In this document: piece by piece, positions 17,823 to 27,401 of the stretch
Position numbering within the stretch: the first letter of the stretch is position 1
Layout of the letters: each line of letters opens with the position of its first letter
Assembly (NCBI GenBank): GCA_021650915.1
Contig: CP091279.1
Coordinates: 210,001 to 242,000, forward strand
Direction: 5' to 3'
DNA: 32,000 nucleotides
From: Candidatus Brocadia sp.
GTDB lineage: Bacteria > Planctomycetota > Brocadiia > Brocadiales > Brocadiaceae
Program-made: the position numbers and the translations under genes
The notes under the pieces: generated by a model
The model's database searches: none
What the model was told of the DNA's origin: nothing
The model's input: only the letters and a program-made list of their open reading frames with translations

Positions 17823-17912
17823 TTTATAGTAGTTCAACACGGACAAACAGAGTTTGTCCATGCCACCTTATTATCAATTTAAAATTCATATTTTATGAGC
17901 ATCTTGAGTATA
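17796..17912 (+). repeat. 117-nt dispersed repeat, copy 2 (contains hairpin GGACAAAC-AGA-GTTTGTCC)
   Basis: Gap-free alignment with 3461-3577. It overlaps the 3' end and stop codon of the AbiEii-like ORF. Hairpin at 17841-17859. Confidence 0.9.
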
Positions 17913-18093
17913 AAAATCGTTAGCTGCAATTTAGCTTTACAAATGAGTCAAGTTTTAGATGTAACAAGAGAAGACAAAAATTGTACAGTTTATTGGTGTC
18001 TTTTTTCTGTGTAATCTGCGGAATCGTTCGACTAAGCGCTCACGACGAAGTCTGTGGTTTCAATGTTTTATTGATCTGAGGCTTTGTCTCGTC

Positions 18094-19389
18094 TTATTTA
18101 AGCATTGCCGTCGTGCGCTTCTTACTCATCACGTTATAGCTGCCCACCACGACAAAATTCCGCTTTTCGGGCACAAAGATTTCTGCAATGGCGTTTTGTA
18201 CGGACTCCAGCTTGACGTCATGGATCTTTTGCGCCTGATTTTCCGGGGTGTCTGGTCTCTTTGGGGCAAGTAAAAGTTCTTCTATGCCGAACCAGTTTGC
18301 CATGGCGAGCGGACTATCCATGAGGAGTTGTGTCTGGCTGAAGACCCGTTCCTCCGTTCTGCTGAGTTCCTGTTCCGTGATTCCTTCCCGGAAGAGCCTG
18401 TGCACCTCAGCCATCACGGCCTTTGTTGTCTTTTCAAAGTTTTCCTTTTTCGTCGATGTATAGATATCAAGCGACCCCACATCAGAAAACATGGTGGGAT
18501 AGCAGGTAATATCGTATACCAAACCCAATTTTTCCCGAACGTTGAGTGATAATCGGGAGCTAATCCCGCCGCCCAAAATATCTGCGAGGATAAGCATGAT
18601 AATGACCTTTTCATGTTTATAGGGGTATGCCTTGTGGCAGAGTTTAAAACTCGTCGTTTGCGACGGAGATTTTTTGAATAGATATCTTGGCTCCGTTTGT
18701 GCGGTTGTGAGAGACGGTTTCTGCCCGGAAGTCGTTCCGCGCACCTGTCCGAATATTTCATTTACATAGTGGGTAACCATGTCTCTCCTGAAATTCCCGC
18801 TAACGCAAAGCACAATATTCTCCGGGACGAAGAATTTTTTATAATGCGTGTTCAGATCTTTAGCAGACAAGGATGCAATAGTTTTTTCGTCCCCGAATAG
18901 AGGCACCCCGGCTGAGCTATCCTTCCACATCAGGGAAAATGACATATCGTCAATTCCCACATAATCTCCCTTTACATCCACGAATTGTTTCATCTCTTCC
19001 TGGATAATGCGCCTTTCTATTTCAAGGTCAGCAGCCTTGAAGTTTCCGCCCAGGAGAACGTCTCCCAGGATGCGTATGCCTTTTTCGGTATGTTTGTGGT
19101 GAACCTGAATAGTTGCGGCTGAATACTCTGGTGAGGTATAGGCATCGATATCACCGCCGATCGTATCTATGGCCTGAAATAATTCGAAAGAATTTTGAAA
19201 CTGTCTTGTCCCGCGGAAAAGCATGTGTTCAAGGAAGTGTGAGATGCCGAGCTGTTTCTCTTCTTCGTAACGGGATCCAACGCCGATATAAGCGGAGATA
19301 ACGACGGAATGGATATGGGGCATTTCGATATAAATGACGCGCAATCCGTTTGGCAATAGTTCTTTCCGGTATGTGTACATACGTTTCAA
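18094..19389 (-). CDS. M16-family zinc peptidase (insulinase/processing-peptidase-like)
   Basis: HFLEHMLFRGT (HxxEH), distal EERIIQEE, 431 aa. Confidence 0.92.
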   Translation of the reverse strand: MKRMYTYRKELLPNGLRVIYIEMPHIHSVVISAYIGVGSRYEEEKQLGISHFLEHMLFRGTRQFQNSFELFQAIDTIGGDIDAYTSPEYSAATIQVHHKHTEKGIRILGDVLLGGNFKAADLEIERRIIQEEMKQFVDVKGDYVGIDDMSFSLMWKDSSAGVPLFGDEKTIASLSAKDLNTHYKKFFVPENIVLCVSGNFRRDMVTHYVNEIFGQVRGTTSGQKPSLTTAQTEPRYLFKKSPSQTTSFKLCHKAYPYKHEKVIIMLILADILGGGISSRLSLNVREKLGLVYDITCYPTMFSDVGSLDIYTSTKKENFEKTTKAVMAEVHRLFREGITEQELSRTEERVFSQTQLLMDSPLAMANWFGIEELLLAPKRPDTPENQAQKIHDVKLESVQNAIAEIFVPEKRNFVVVGSYNVMSKKRTTAMLK

Positions 19390-19811
19390 AGCAAAGTAAA
19401 GTGACCCGGCAATAGTTATTGCCGCTGTACTATTTAAAATATCTAACTATTTACTGACTGAAGCGCCATGAAGATTTCTTAATTTTTATGGTATCATGCT
19501 ATCTGATTCTTCTTAATAGAACAAATTGTAATAGAAATTTCAAATATGAAATAATAAGATGATCAAAAGGAACACGATACGGTACGCGAAGAGATCCTAT
19601 AATCATTGTTAAATAGCAGATGTCAAGGCAATAAGGTCATCGGAATACATGGCAAACTTTTTTTGGAATGAACTTTGCGATTTAAGCAGTTTAACATGTA
19701 GTGGAAGATATCGTATTCTCAATTTCCCGTAGGGCGTAATTATCAACACGAATATCATGCAAGGTATGCATAATAACAGAAATTTAAGGTATTTGATTTA
19801 ATGGAGGAAAG

Positions 19812-20804
19812 ATGGACGTAGATTTGATTGTAAATAACTTGGTGCACCCTCCCGTGCTCTTTTTTTTTCTCGGAATGATTGCGGCGTTTTGCAAATCAGA
19901 CTTAAAAATTCCTGAACCGCTGCCCAAGCTTTTCTCCCTCTATTTATTGCTTGCCATTGGGTTCCATGGAGGGGTTGAATTGCGGAAGACGGGGATCACT
20001 CATGAGGTGGTGTTTGCGCTCTCCGCCGCCATCCTTATGTCTATTATTGTGCCACTCTATGCGTTCCTTATTTTAAGGCTCAAACTGGACGTCTATAACG
20101 CTGCTGCAATTGCTGCGACCTATGGATCCATAAGTGCGGTGACTTATATCACGGCGGTTACCTTTCTTCAAACTTTGGGACTTGTGCCGGGGGGGTATAT
20201 GGTAGCCGCTTTGGCGCTTATGGAATCGCCGGCGATTGTTATTGGTATTATCCTGGCAAGGTTATTCGCTCCCAAGAAGGAGAAAGAGGAAAATGAATTT
20301 TCCTGGCTTGAAGTCTTTCGGGAGGCATTTCTGAACGGTTCTGTATTGTTGCTAACCGGTAGCCTTTTGATAGGATGGGCTTCCGGAGAAGAGGGGTGGG
20401 ATACCCTGAAACCTTTTACCAAGGATATCTTTAAAGGCATGCTCAGCTTTTTTCTCCTCGACATGGGGCTTCTGGCGGCAAAGAGGATTGGTGATTTAAA
20501 AAGCGCTGGATTTTTTTTACCCCCTTTTGCTATATTAATGCCGGTATTTAACGGGTGTGTTGGCATCGTGATAGCAAGGCTTATCAGTTTGCAGCCGGAA
20601 AATGCCCTGATGCTTGCTGTGCTCTGTGCCAGCGCCTCATACATTGCGGTTCCTGCTGCCATGAGATTGTCGCTCCCCGAGGCAAATCCGAGCCTGTTCG
20701 TGCCTATGGCGTTAGCGATTACGTTTCCGTTTAACATCATCGTGGGGATACCGTTATATTATTATTTAATTAAGAAGGTTAATGAGTTAATTCCAGCACT
20801 TTAG
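19812..20804 (+). CDS. sbtA: SbtA-like sodium-dependent bicarbonate transporter
   Basis: Polytopic membrane protein: LFFFLGMIAAFCKSDLKIPEPLPKLFSLYLLLAIGFHGG...AALALMESPAIVIGIILA...AAMRLSLPEANPSLFVPMALAITFPFNIIVGIPLYY. Confidence 0.88.
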   Translation: MDVDLIVNNLVHPPVLFFFLGMIAAFCKSDLKIPEPLPKLFSLYLLLAIGFHGGVELRKTGITHEVVFALSAAILMSIIVPLYAFLILRLKLDVYNAAAIAATYGSISAVTYITAVTFLQTLGLVPGGYMVAALALMESPAIVIGIILARLFAPKKEKEENEFSWLEVFREAFLNGSVLLLTGSLLIGWASGEEGWDTLKPFTKDIFKGMLSFFLLDMGLLAAKRIGDLKSAGFFLPPFAILMPVFNGCVGIVIARLISLQPENALMLAVLCASASYIAVPAAMRLSLPEANPSLFVPMALAITFPFNIIVGIPLYYYLIKKVNELIPAL

Positions 20805-20814
20805 GGAAAAAATT

Positions 20815-21111
20815 ATGAAATCAGTATCGAAAGTAGAAATAATAATCGATTCTCTTGAAGTTAAACATGTCGTTAAGTTTCTTGATGAGATAGGGGTATC
20901 AGGTTATAGCATTTTCAATGACGTGATCGGAAAAGGCCATAGAGGTATAAGGTCTGGGTTTGAATTAACGGATCTCTTCAAAAATAGTTACATCATGGTT
21001 GTGTGCGACGAAAAAGAGATGCACAAGATCGTAGAAGCTATACGCCCGATTATCAAGAAGTCTGGCGGTATTTGCATCGTGTCCGATGTTGTGACGAGGA
21101 TCGATCAATAG
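20815..21111 (+). CDS. PII-like regulator (SbtB-like)
   Basis: 98-aa PII-like protein 10 nt downstream of sbtA: VEIIIDSLEVKHVVKFLDEIGVSGYSIFNDVIGKGHRGIRSG...ICIVSDVVTRI. Confidence 0.78.
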   Translation: MKSVSKVEIIIDSLEVKHVVKFLDEIGVSGYSIFNDVIGKGHRGIRSGFELTDLFKNSYIMVVCDEKEMHKIVEAIRPIIKKSGGICIVSDVVTRIDQ

Positions 21112-21287
21112 AAAGGCATCTGGCCGCTTGATGCGTGTGTGTATCATCGAGATAAATTAGTCTTTAGCTTTGCTTAGAAGGACAAACAGAGCCATCCAGG
21201 GGCATGTCCTGAGCATAGCGAAGGAAATGGAACGACAAAGAATCTCGTCTTTGAAATTCCTTAACAGTATAACATTAGGATAACCAT

Positions 21288-21306
21288 GGACAAACAAGGT
21301 TTGTCC
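21288..21306 (+). repeat. Third copy of the GGACAAAC...GTTTGTCC hairpin
   Basis: GGACAAAC-AAG-GTTTGTCC followed by GTGCCACA (compare ATGCCACC in the other copies). Confidence 0.75.
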
Positions 21307-21373
21307 GTGCCACATCACAACTTGTTTAAATAAAAAGAAGATTCCCAGTCAGAACAGGTCGGAAAAGCAAATT

Positions 21374-21406
21374 ACCCCTGTCAGGGTTTAAAACCCTGAC
21401 AGGGGT
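21374..21406. other. Perfect 16-bp stem hairpin, bidirectional terminator candidate between sbtAB and purN
   Basis: ACCCCTGTCAGGGTTT-A-AAACCCTGACAGGGGT. It sits between convergent genes. Confidence 0.6.
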
Positions 21407-21527
21407 ATGTTCATTCATAATTTTTGCCAGAAATGTCAAAAAGTTTTTTATTAGACACTAACAATCGGATTACAGAGCTATCAGGATTTTTCTGTGGGTT
21501 GAGGTGATGCCTTGCCTGATTCAAAGG

Positions 21528-22166
21528 TCAGGTATTGTTCAAGGGTTTAAGGATTCTTACCTTTCTGCCCTCGATTTTTAATCTCCCTTCCGCAAAGAGG
21601 CGTATCGCCTCCGGATATGCCGCGCATTCCTCCCGAAAAACCCGTGCAGCAAGGGTGTCTGGCGTGTCATCATCAAGGACGGGTACCGCCCTCTGGATAA
21701 TGATGGGGCCATTATCGTAAACATTGTCGGCAAAATGCACCGTACATCCGGAAACCTTTGCACCATAATTGATGACTGCTTCGTGGACTTTTTTCCCGTA
21801 ATAATGATGACCGCAGAAGGCGGGGATCAGACCCGGATGGATGTTCATGACCTTTCCCCGATACTTTTCCGGGATTTTATAAAAATGCACAAAGCCTGCA
21901 AGGGTGATGAGGTCAATGGGGTACTTATCCAGTTCTGCGGTAAGTTCACGGCTAAAAGCATCTGCATCCTTATCGTTTGCATAAGGGATAACTGCGGTGC
22001 GGAGGTTGTGCTTTTTTGCCTTGACCAGCCCGGCGACGTCCGGTTTGCTGCTGATCACAATCTGGATCGTGGCAGGTAATTTTCCTGCTGCTATCAGATC
22101 GGTAAAATTTTGCAGGGTATTACCACCCCCCGAAATTAAGACGCCTAAATTTATTTTTTTTGTCAT
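21528..22166 (-). CDS. purN: Phosphoribosylglycinamide formyltransferase
   Basis: LGVLISGGGNTLQNF, LAGFVHF, MNIHPGLIPAFCG, GCTVHFADNVYDNGPIIIQRAVPV. Confidence 0.93.
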   Translation of the reverse strand: MTKKINLGVLISGGGNTLQNFTDLIAAGKLPATIQIVISSKPDVAGLVKAKKHNLRTAVIPYANDKDADAFSRELTAELDKYPIDLITLAGFVHFYKIPEKYRGKVMNIHPGLIPAFCGHHYYGKKVHEAVINYGAKVSGCTVHFADNVYDNGPIIIQRAVPVLDDDTPDTLAARVFREECAAYPEAIRLFAEGRLKIEGRKVRILKPLNNT

Positions 22167-22280
22167 AAAAAGTAAGCAAACATATTGACAACGAATTTAT
22201 GATTTGCTATCATGCTCGTCTTCGTATTTTTTAAAGAAAATTTTTGCGGATAGTAAATAACATATACGAACGGATATTCG

Positions 22281-23573
22281 ATGTCAAAGATAATTCTTGA
22301 AAAATCAAAAAACGCATTTGACAAGGCGCAGAGTTTTATACCGGGGGGAGTAAACAGCCCGGTCAGGGCCTTTGGCGCCGTTGGCGGCACTCCGATTTTT
22401 ATAAAGTCGGGGGCCGGTTGTCGGCTGACCGACGTTGACGGCAATACGTATGTGGATTATGTTGGGTCGTGGGGGCCGCTTATTCTCGGGCATGCAGAGC
22501 CAAGGATTGTAAAAAAGATTCATGATGCAGTCGCAAACGGGACGAGCTATGGCGCGCCGACTGAGACGGAGATACAACTGGCGCAACTGATTCAAGAGGC
22601 CATGCCTTCAATAGAGCGGGTAAGGATGGTCAATTCCGGCACGGAAGCCACGATGAGCGCCATCCGGCTGGCCAGGGGATTTACCAGGCGGGATGCAGTG
22701 ATTAAGTTTGAGGGTTGTTATCATGGGCATGTGGATAGCCTGCTGATCCAGGCAGGGTCAGGCGCCACAACGCTGGGAACGCCGACCAGCCCTGGCATTC
22801 CTCAAGATTTTGTTAAGCATACCATCTCTCTCCCTTACAACGATATAGATGCGGTAAATGAGGTTTGTGCACGGCGCGGGAAGGAGATTGCGTGTATTAT
22901 TGTGGAGGCGGTTGCCGGTAATATGGGGGTGGTGCTGCCTAAAAAAGGTTATCTGGAAGGGTTGAGAGAAATAACCAAAAAGCACGGCATCGTGCTGATA
23001 TTTGACGAGGTGATGACCGGCTTCAGGGTTGCGCATGGCGGCGTGCAGTCGATTTATAATATTACCCCTGATTTAACTACGCTGGGGAAGATTATTGGCG
23101 GGGGGCTTCCGGTTGGGGCGTATGGTGGGAAGAAAGAGATCATGGATAGCATTTCTCCGGTTGGTCCGGTGTATCAGGCGGGTACGTTGTCTGGCAACCC
23201 CGTGGCTATGACTGCTGGCATCGCTACATTGGAAATACTCAGGGACAGCGCCATTTATAAAACCCTGGAAGAAAAATCAAAGCGGCTGGCAGCGGGCATG
23301 GAGCAGGCATGCAGGGATGCCAGGGTGCCTGCGTATCATACCCGTATTGGTTCGATGTTGTGCACCTTTTTTACCGATCGGCCGGTAACGGATTATGCCA
23401 CTGCCATGAAGAGCGATACAAAACGATATGCAAAGTTTTTCCATGGCATGCTGGAGCGCGGTTTCTATTTTGCGCCGTCGCAGTTTGAGGCAGTTTTTGT
23501 TTCAACTGTTCATGGCGAAAAAGAGATTGACGCAACGGTCGATGCCTTCAGAGACGTCATAAAAGATTTCTAG
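22281..23573 (+). CDS. hemL: Glutamate-1-semialdehyde 2,1-aminomutase
   Basis: SFIPGGVNSPVRAF, FVKHTISLPYND, IIFDEVMTGFRVAHGG, TTLGKIIGGGLPVGAYGG, GTLSGNPVAMTAG. Confidence 0.96.
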   Translation: MSKIILEKSKNAFDKAQSFIPGGVNSPVRAFGAVGGTPIFIKSGAGCRLTDVDGNTYVDYVGSWGPLILGHAEPRIVKKIHDAVANGTSYGAPTETEIQLAQLIQEAMPSIERVRMVNSGTEATMSAIRLARGFTRRDAVIKFEGCYHGHVDSLLIQAGSGATTLGTPTSPGIPQDFVKHTISLPYNDIDAVNEVCARRGKEIACIIVEAVAGNMGVVLPKKGYLEGLREITKKHGIVLIFDEVMTGFRVAHGGVQSIYNITPDLTTLGKIIGGGLPVGAYGGKKEIMDSISPVGPVYQAGTLSGNPVAMTAGIATLEILRDSAIYKTLEEKSKRLAAGMEQACRDARVPAYHTRIGSMLCTFFTDRPVTDYATAMKSDTKRYAKFFHGMLERGFYFAPSQFEAVFVSTVHGEKEIDATVDAFRDVIKDF

Positions 23574-23657
23574 GGGTCATTGTCTATGGAATCAGGAAAA
23601 CAGGTTGTTGCGTGGTCTGTTTTTTTATAGGATAGAAAACCATTCTTCGTTCTCCCT

Positions 23658-24305
23658 ATGCAGAGAAGAAAAGGTGGATCGGTTATGTATGCGACAAATA
23701 TGAACAGCGACTTGAAGGGCGTAGTGGAGCGTATTAGTGGTATGTACTTCAGGATCGAGTCGATTTTAAGCCTGTGCATGGATGGTTTTATGAAACACAA
23801 GGTTGCCATGATCGACAAAGCGAACGCAGTAAGCCTGGCCATCCATGACGAGGAGAATGAATTGATAGGACTGCTCAGTGATAAGGCTGCAAAGGCTACT
23901 GAGGACAAGTATTTGATTAAGACTCTCATGGCTGTTGTTGCTCACATTGAAATGGCAACAAACGGGTTGGACGGAATACTTCGATGTGTGAAAGAAAAAG
24001 TAAATGAAGGGGTGCTTTTCAGCGACAAAGGGGTGCATGAGATATCGCATCTTTTTAAAGAAACCCTTGAAATAACGAAGACGGCGGGTGACGCCTTTCT
24101 GACCAGAAATGAAGTGTTGAAAAAACATATTACGGATAAATACATAAGTCTTGGTCAAACGGTTGACGCCTATTCCGAAGAGCATGAGGACAGGTTAATT
24201 AAAGGGATATGTCAACCGAGGAGCTCATCGCTGTATTTGAATATCGTCGATTCCCTGATGAAGGTGGTTGGGCATTTACAACAAGCGACCGACAAGATTT
24301 TTTGA
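23658..24305 (+). CDS. PhoU-domain-like helical protein (tentative)
   Basis: 215-aa helical protein with PhoU-like pattern (ALEITKTAGDAFLTRNEVLKKHI...YLNIVDSLMKVVGHLQQATDKIF). It lies directly upstream of the ATP synthase cluster. Confidence 0.45.
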   Translation: MQRRKGGSVMYATNMNSDLKGVVERISGMYFRIESILSLCMDGFMKHKVAMIDKANAVSLAIHDEENELIGLLSDKAAKATEDKYLIKTLMAVVAHIEMATNGLDGILRCVKEKVNEGVLFSDKGVHEISHLFKETLEITKTAGDAFLTRNEVLKKHITDKYISLGQTVDAYSEEHEDRLIKGICQPRSSSLYLNIVDSLMKVVGHLQQATDKIF

Positions 24306-24558
24306 AACAGGTGACGGTTTGTCTCTTTTTAAGAAAGAGAATGAAGCATATCGCATCATAGGGGTGGTTGGGAGTTTCGGTTTTACGACGGCGGGCGCCG
24401 TTGCAGGGGGGTATTTTCTTGGTAGTTATCTTGATAAAAAACTCCACACCTATCCCTGGCTCATGTTGCTGTTTATGATATTGGGGACTGTGGCAAGTTT
24501 TATCGAGTTTTTTAAGGTAACGAAGAAGTTATTCAGTGAGAATAAAAAGGAACCATGA
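24268..24558 (+). CDS. atpZ: AtpZ-like / AtpI-family protein (true start possibly downstream of 24268)
   Basis: AYRIIGVVGSFGFTTAGAVAGGYFLGSYLDKKLHTYPWLMLLFMILGTVASFIEFFKVTKK, immediately upstream of the F0 genes. Confidence 0.7.
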   Translation: MGIYNKRPTRFFETGDGLSLFKKENEAYRIIGVVGSFGFTTAGAVAGGYFLGSYLDKKLHTYPWLMLLFMILGTVASFIEFFKVTKKLFSENKKEP

Positions 24559-25028
24559 CGGACGTGGAAGAAGGAAAAGATATTATATCGCTTGATGCTG
24601 GTTTTCCCGATCGGGTGCTCTCGACATCCTTTTATCTGTCGCTTATCACTATTGTTGGTTCGCTGTCGTATATGTCCTTTATGGGCACCGTGAGTATTGC
24701 CGTAGGTTGTGGCATTAGTCTTCTTTTGTATAAGATGCTGTGGTGGGCGGTGCAATATGCAGTACGGCATAAGCGGTCAGAAATAAAAGGTTTTTTTCTC
24801 AAGGTCAGCTTGGTAAAGTATGGTATCGTCGGGGTAATGCTGCTCTCTGTTTGCCTGTTTCTGGATGTCCACATAGTTGCCCTGGCTCTGGGACTCAGTA
24901 TGGTATTGATCGTGCTGGTTCTGAAGATTGTAAGCAGAATACTGGTAAATTATATGAATAAATCGATAAAGATGTCTTCTCGGAATCTTGGCAATATTTC
25001 TGCCAATGTCAGTAAGAAAGGGGTGTAG
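24555..25028 (+). CDS. ATP synthase subunit I-like membrane protein
   Basis: Four-TM-like protein in the atpI position between AtpZ and AtpB. Confidence 0.6.
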   Translation: MTDVEEGKDIISLDAGFPDRVLSTSFYLSLITIVGSLSYMSFMGTVSIAVGCGISLLLYKMLWWAVQYAVRHKRSEIKGFFLKVSLVKYGIVGVMLLSVCLFLDVHIVALALGLSMVLIVLVLKIVSRILVNYMNKSIKMSSRNLGNISANVSKKGV

Positions 25029-25033
25029 GTGAC

Positions 25034-25789
25034 GTGTCGGGTGAAGGTGAACTAACAACTGAATTGCCATCGTTTGTGGACTTTGCGCCTCTGGAGGCTC
25101 ATGGTCATTATTTTGGTCTTACCAAGCACGAATGGGTGCCAATCATCATGTCTGCCGTGATCATTATTAGTCTGGGGTTGTTCGCAATTATTGCGACCAT
25201 GCGGTTGAAAAAAGTGCCTGGCAGGCTTCAGGCACTGTTGGAAATTATTGTGGAAGGGCTTGAAAATTTTACCAAAACACAGATGGGACGTGCCGCAGGG
25301 CCTTTTATCCCGTTTATTGGCACCCTGTTTTTATACATATTTGCGATGAATATGATAGGGCAGATACCACTTTTCCATTCTCCCACGAGTAACTTCAACA
25401 CCACGATTGCGTTGACGTTAATCGTCTTCTTTGTTACCCATTACCAGGGGGTGAAGAATAATGGCGTTATGGGATACCTGAAGCATATGGCTGGCAAGCC
25501 GATCTGGCTTGCTCCGCTTGTGTTTCCCCTGCACCTGATGCAGGAACTCCTGTCCCGTCCACTTTCGCTTTCCATGCGTCTTTTTGGAAATATTATGGGG
25601 GAGGACACGATTATTGCAATATTCATCGGCCTTTCGCCGTTTCTTCTGGGTCTGATTCCGGTTCCGATGCATTTGCCGATGGTTTTTCTTGCGTTATTGG
25701 GAAGCACAATACAGGCGATGATATTTTCTCTTTTAGCGAGTTTTTATATTGCGGGTGCAATTGGCATCCATGAGGAAGAACATCATTAA
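25034..25789 (+). CDS. atpB: ATP synthase F0 subunit a
   Basis: LHLMQELLSRPLSLSMRLFGNIMGEDTIIAIF and AIQAMIFSLLASFYIAGAI-type C-terminus. Confidence 0.95.
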   Translation: MSGEGELTTELPSFVDFAPLEAHGHYFGLTKHEWVPIIMSAVIIISLGLFAIIATMRLKKVPGRLQALLEIIVEGLENFTKTQMGRAAGPFIPFIGTLFLYIFAMNMIGQIPLFHSPTSNFNTTIALTLIVFFVTHYQGVKNNGVMGYLKHMAGKPIWLAPLVFPLHLMQELLSRPLSLSMRLFGNIMGEDTIIAIFIGLSPFLLGLIPVPMHLPMVFLALLGSTIQAMIFSLLASFYIAGAIGIHEEEHH

Positions 25790-25812
25790 TTTTTTTAGAA
25801 GGAGGTCGAGGC

Positions 25813-26085
25813 GTGATTTATTTTGCATTGTTAGCAATAGCAGTTGCTTTGATTGCAATTGCAGCGTTTGGTTGCGGTCTGGGACAGGGTATTGCTGTAT
25901 ATGGTGCCGCGAATAGCATGGCCAGGCAACCCGAAATGGCCGGAAAGATACAGCTAGTCATGTTTGTCGGTTTGGCGTTTATTGAATCGTTAACGATTTA
26001 TTCTTTGATGATGTCGTTCATTTTAATGGGTAAATTGCCAAAGACGGAAGCAGTCCTTGAGTTAATTCAGCACGCTGTTAAATAG
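25813..26085 (+). CDS. atpE: ATP synthase F0 subunit c (GTG start)
   Basis: GCGLGQGIAVYGAANSMARQPEMAGKIQLVMFVGLAFIESLTIYSLMMSFILMG. Confidence 0.95.
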   Translation: MIYFALLAIAVALIAIAAFGCGLGQGIAVYGAANSMARQPEMAGKIQLVMFVGLAFIESLTIYSLMMSFILMGKLPKTEAVLELIQHAVK

Positions 26086-26103
26086 GCATAGGAGGAAATT
26101 GGA

Positions 26104-26613
26104 TTGGATATTTTAAATACCCTGGGAATTAATTTTAAATCCATTATTATCCAGGGTGTAGGTTTCTTAATTCTGCTTTTCGTCCTGAAAAAGTTCCTGT
26201 TTGGCAAGATCTCTGCCATGATTAAGGCCAGAGCTGACGAGGTAAAAAATACCTATGAAAAGACCGAAAAGGACAGGGTCGAAGCCGAAAGGCTGATGCT
26301 GGAATATCAAAAGAAACTTGCTGAGGCGGAAGACACGGCGGCAAGGAAGGTTCAGGACGCCATCAATGAAGGGAATCGCATCAGTGAGGAGATTGTTAAG
26401 CGTGCCAAGGAAGAGGTCGAGCAGATCAGGTTAAAGGCACAGGAAAGTATCGATCTGGAACGAAAAAAGGCGCTGACGGAAATCAGGAATCAGGTTGTGA
26501 CTCTTTCTGTTCTGGCATCTTCCAGGATCATTCAGCAATCCATAAGTCAAAAGACTGCAGAAAAGCTTGTTGACGACTTTATTGAAGAAATAGGGGAATT
26601 GAGTGTTAGATAA
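26104..26613 (+). CDS. atpF: ATP synthase F0 subunit b
   Basis: Single N-terminal TM followed by a long charged helix, in the canonical operon position. Confidence 0.93.
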   Translation: MDILNTLGINFKSIIIQGVGFLILLFVLKKFLFGKISAMIKARADEVKNTYEKTEKDRVEAERLMLEYQKKLAEAEDTAARKVQDAINEGNRISEEIVKRAKEEVEQIRLKAQESIDLERKKALTEIRNQVVTLSVLASSRIIQQSISQKTAEKLVDDFIEEIGELSVR

Positions 26614-27151
26614 AAGCATTGCAATTACATTTATCAAAGCCCTTTTGGAGGTTGCTTCAAAAAAGGGGCAGTTTGAGCAGATTGAAAAGGATTTGGATTT
26701 GGTGTGCGGGGTGATGAAAAAACACGGCAACCTGAAAAAGGTGATGTTTCATCCGTCGATTTCACGAAGCAACAAGAAGGATGTACTGAAGAATGTATTT
26801 GGTAAAGCGGTGTCTTCCCTTATGCTGAACTTCCTGAGTTTGCTGGTTGACCGGAGAAAAGAAGAGATTCTGGAATTTATTCCTGAGGTGTACAGGGCGG
26901 TTACCGATGAAAAGAAGGGGGTTGTGAAAGCTACCGTGCAGACGGTTGATCCTTTAACCGGTGAGCGGTTGGAACACTTTAGAAAACAACTGAAAAAGAT
27001 TACCGGTAAGACGGTAGAGTTAGAAGTTCTGCAAAATCCGGATATTCTGGGTGGAATGGTAATTCAGATTGGCAATAAAATGATCGATGGAAGTGTTGCC
27101 AGCCGTCTAAAAAATCTGAAAACCAGATTGCTGTCACTGCGGACTGCATAG
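26603..27151 (+). CDS. atpH: ATP synthase F1 subunit delta
   Basis: FLSLLVDRRKEEILEFIPEVYRAV...DILGGMVIQIGNKMIDGSVASRLKNL. Confidence 0.94.
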   Translation: MLDKSIAITFIKALLEVASKKGQFEQIEKDLDLVCGVMKKHGNLKKVMFHPSISRSNKKDVLKNVFGKAVSSLMLNFLSLLVDRRKEEILEFIPEVYRAVTDEKKGVVKATVQTVDPLTGERLEHFRKQLKKITGKTVELEVLQNPDILGGMVIQIGNKMIDGSVASRLKNLKTRLLSLRTA

Positions 27152-27401
27152 GTTTTGTGTGGTCTTATTGAGAGAATTACTCAGCAGACTTGATGTGCGC
27201 TCTGTGTTGTCGTCATATTCAAGTTTGGTGAAATACATGGACATAGTGGCAGGAGCAAGGCTCCTGCCACCTATTTTGGCAATTATGAGTTTCGGCAACG
27301 AAAACTCTTCAGACCGTTATGGTGTTTTAGAATGGCGCAGGGAATGGTAAGATACCGTTCCGGATAAAGATGAAGAATCTCAATTATGAGGAGTAGGGTA
27401 T

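Noticed and set aside
27159-27350. 63-aa ORF between atpH and atpA
   Set aside because: Weak composition, no recognizable family, and the intergenic position fits untranslated spacer between operon genes.
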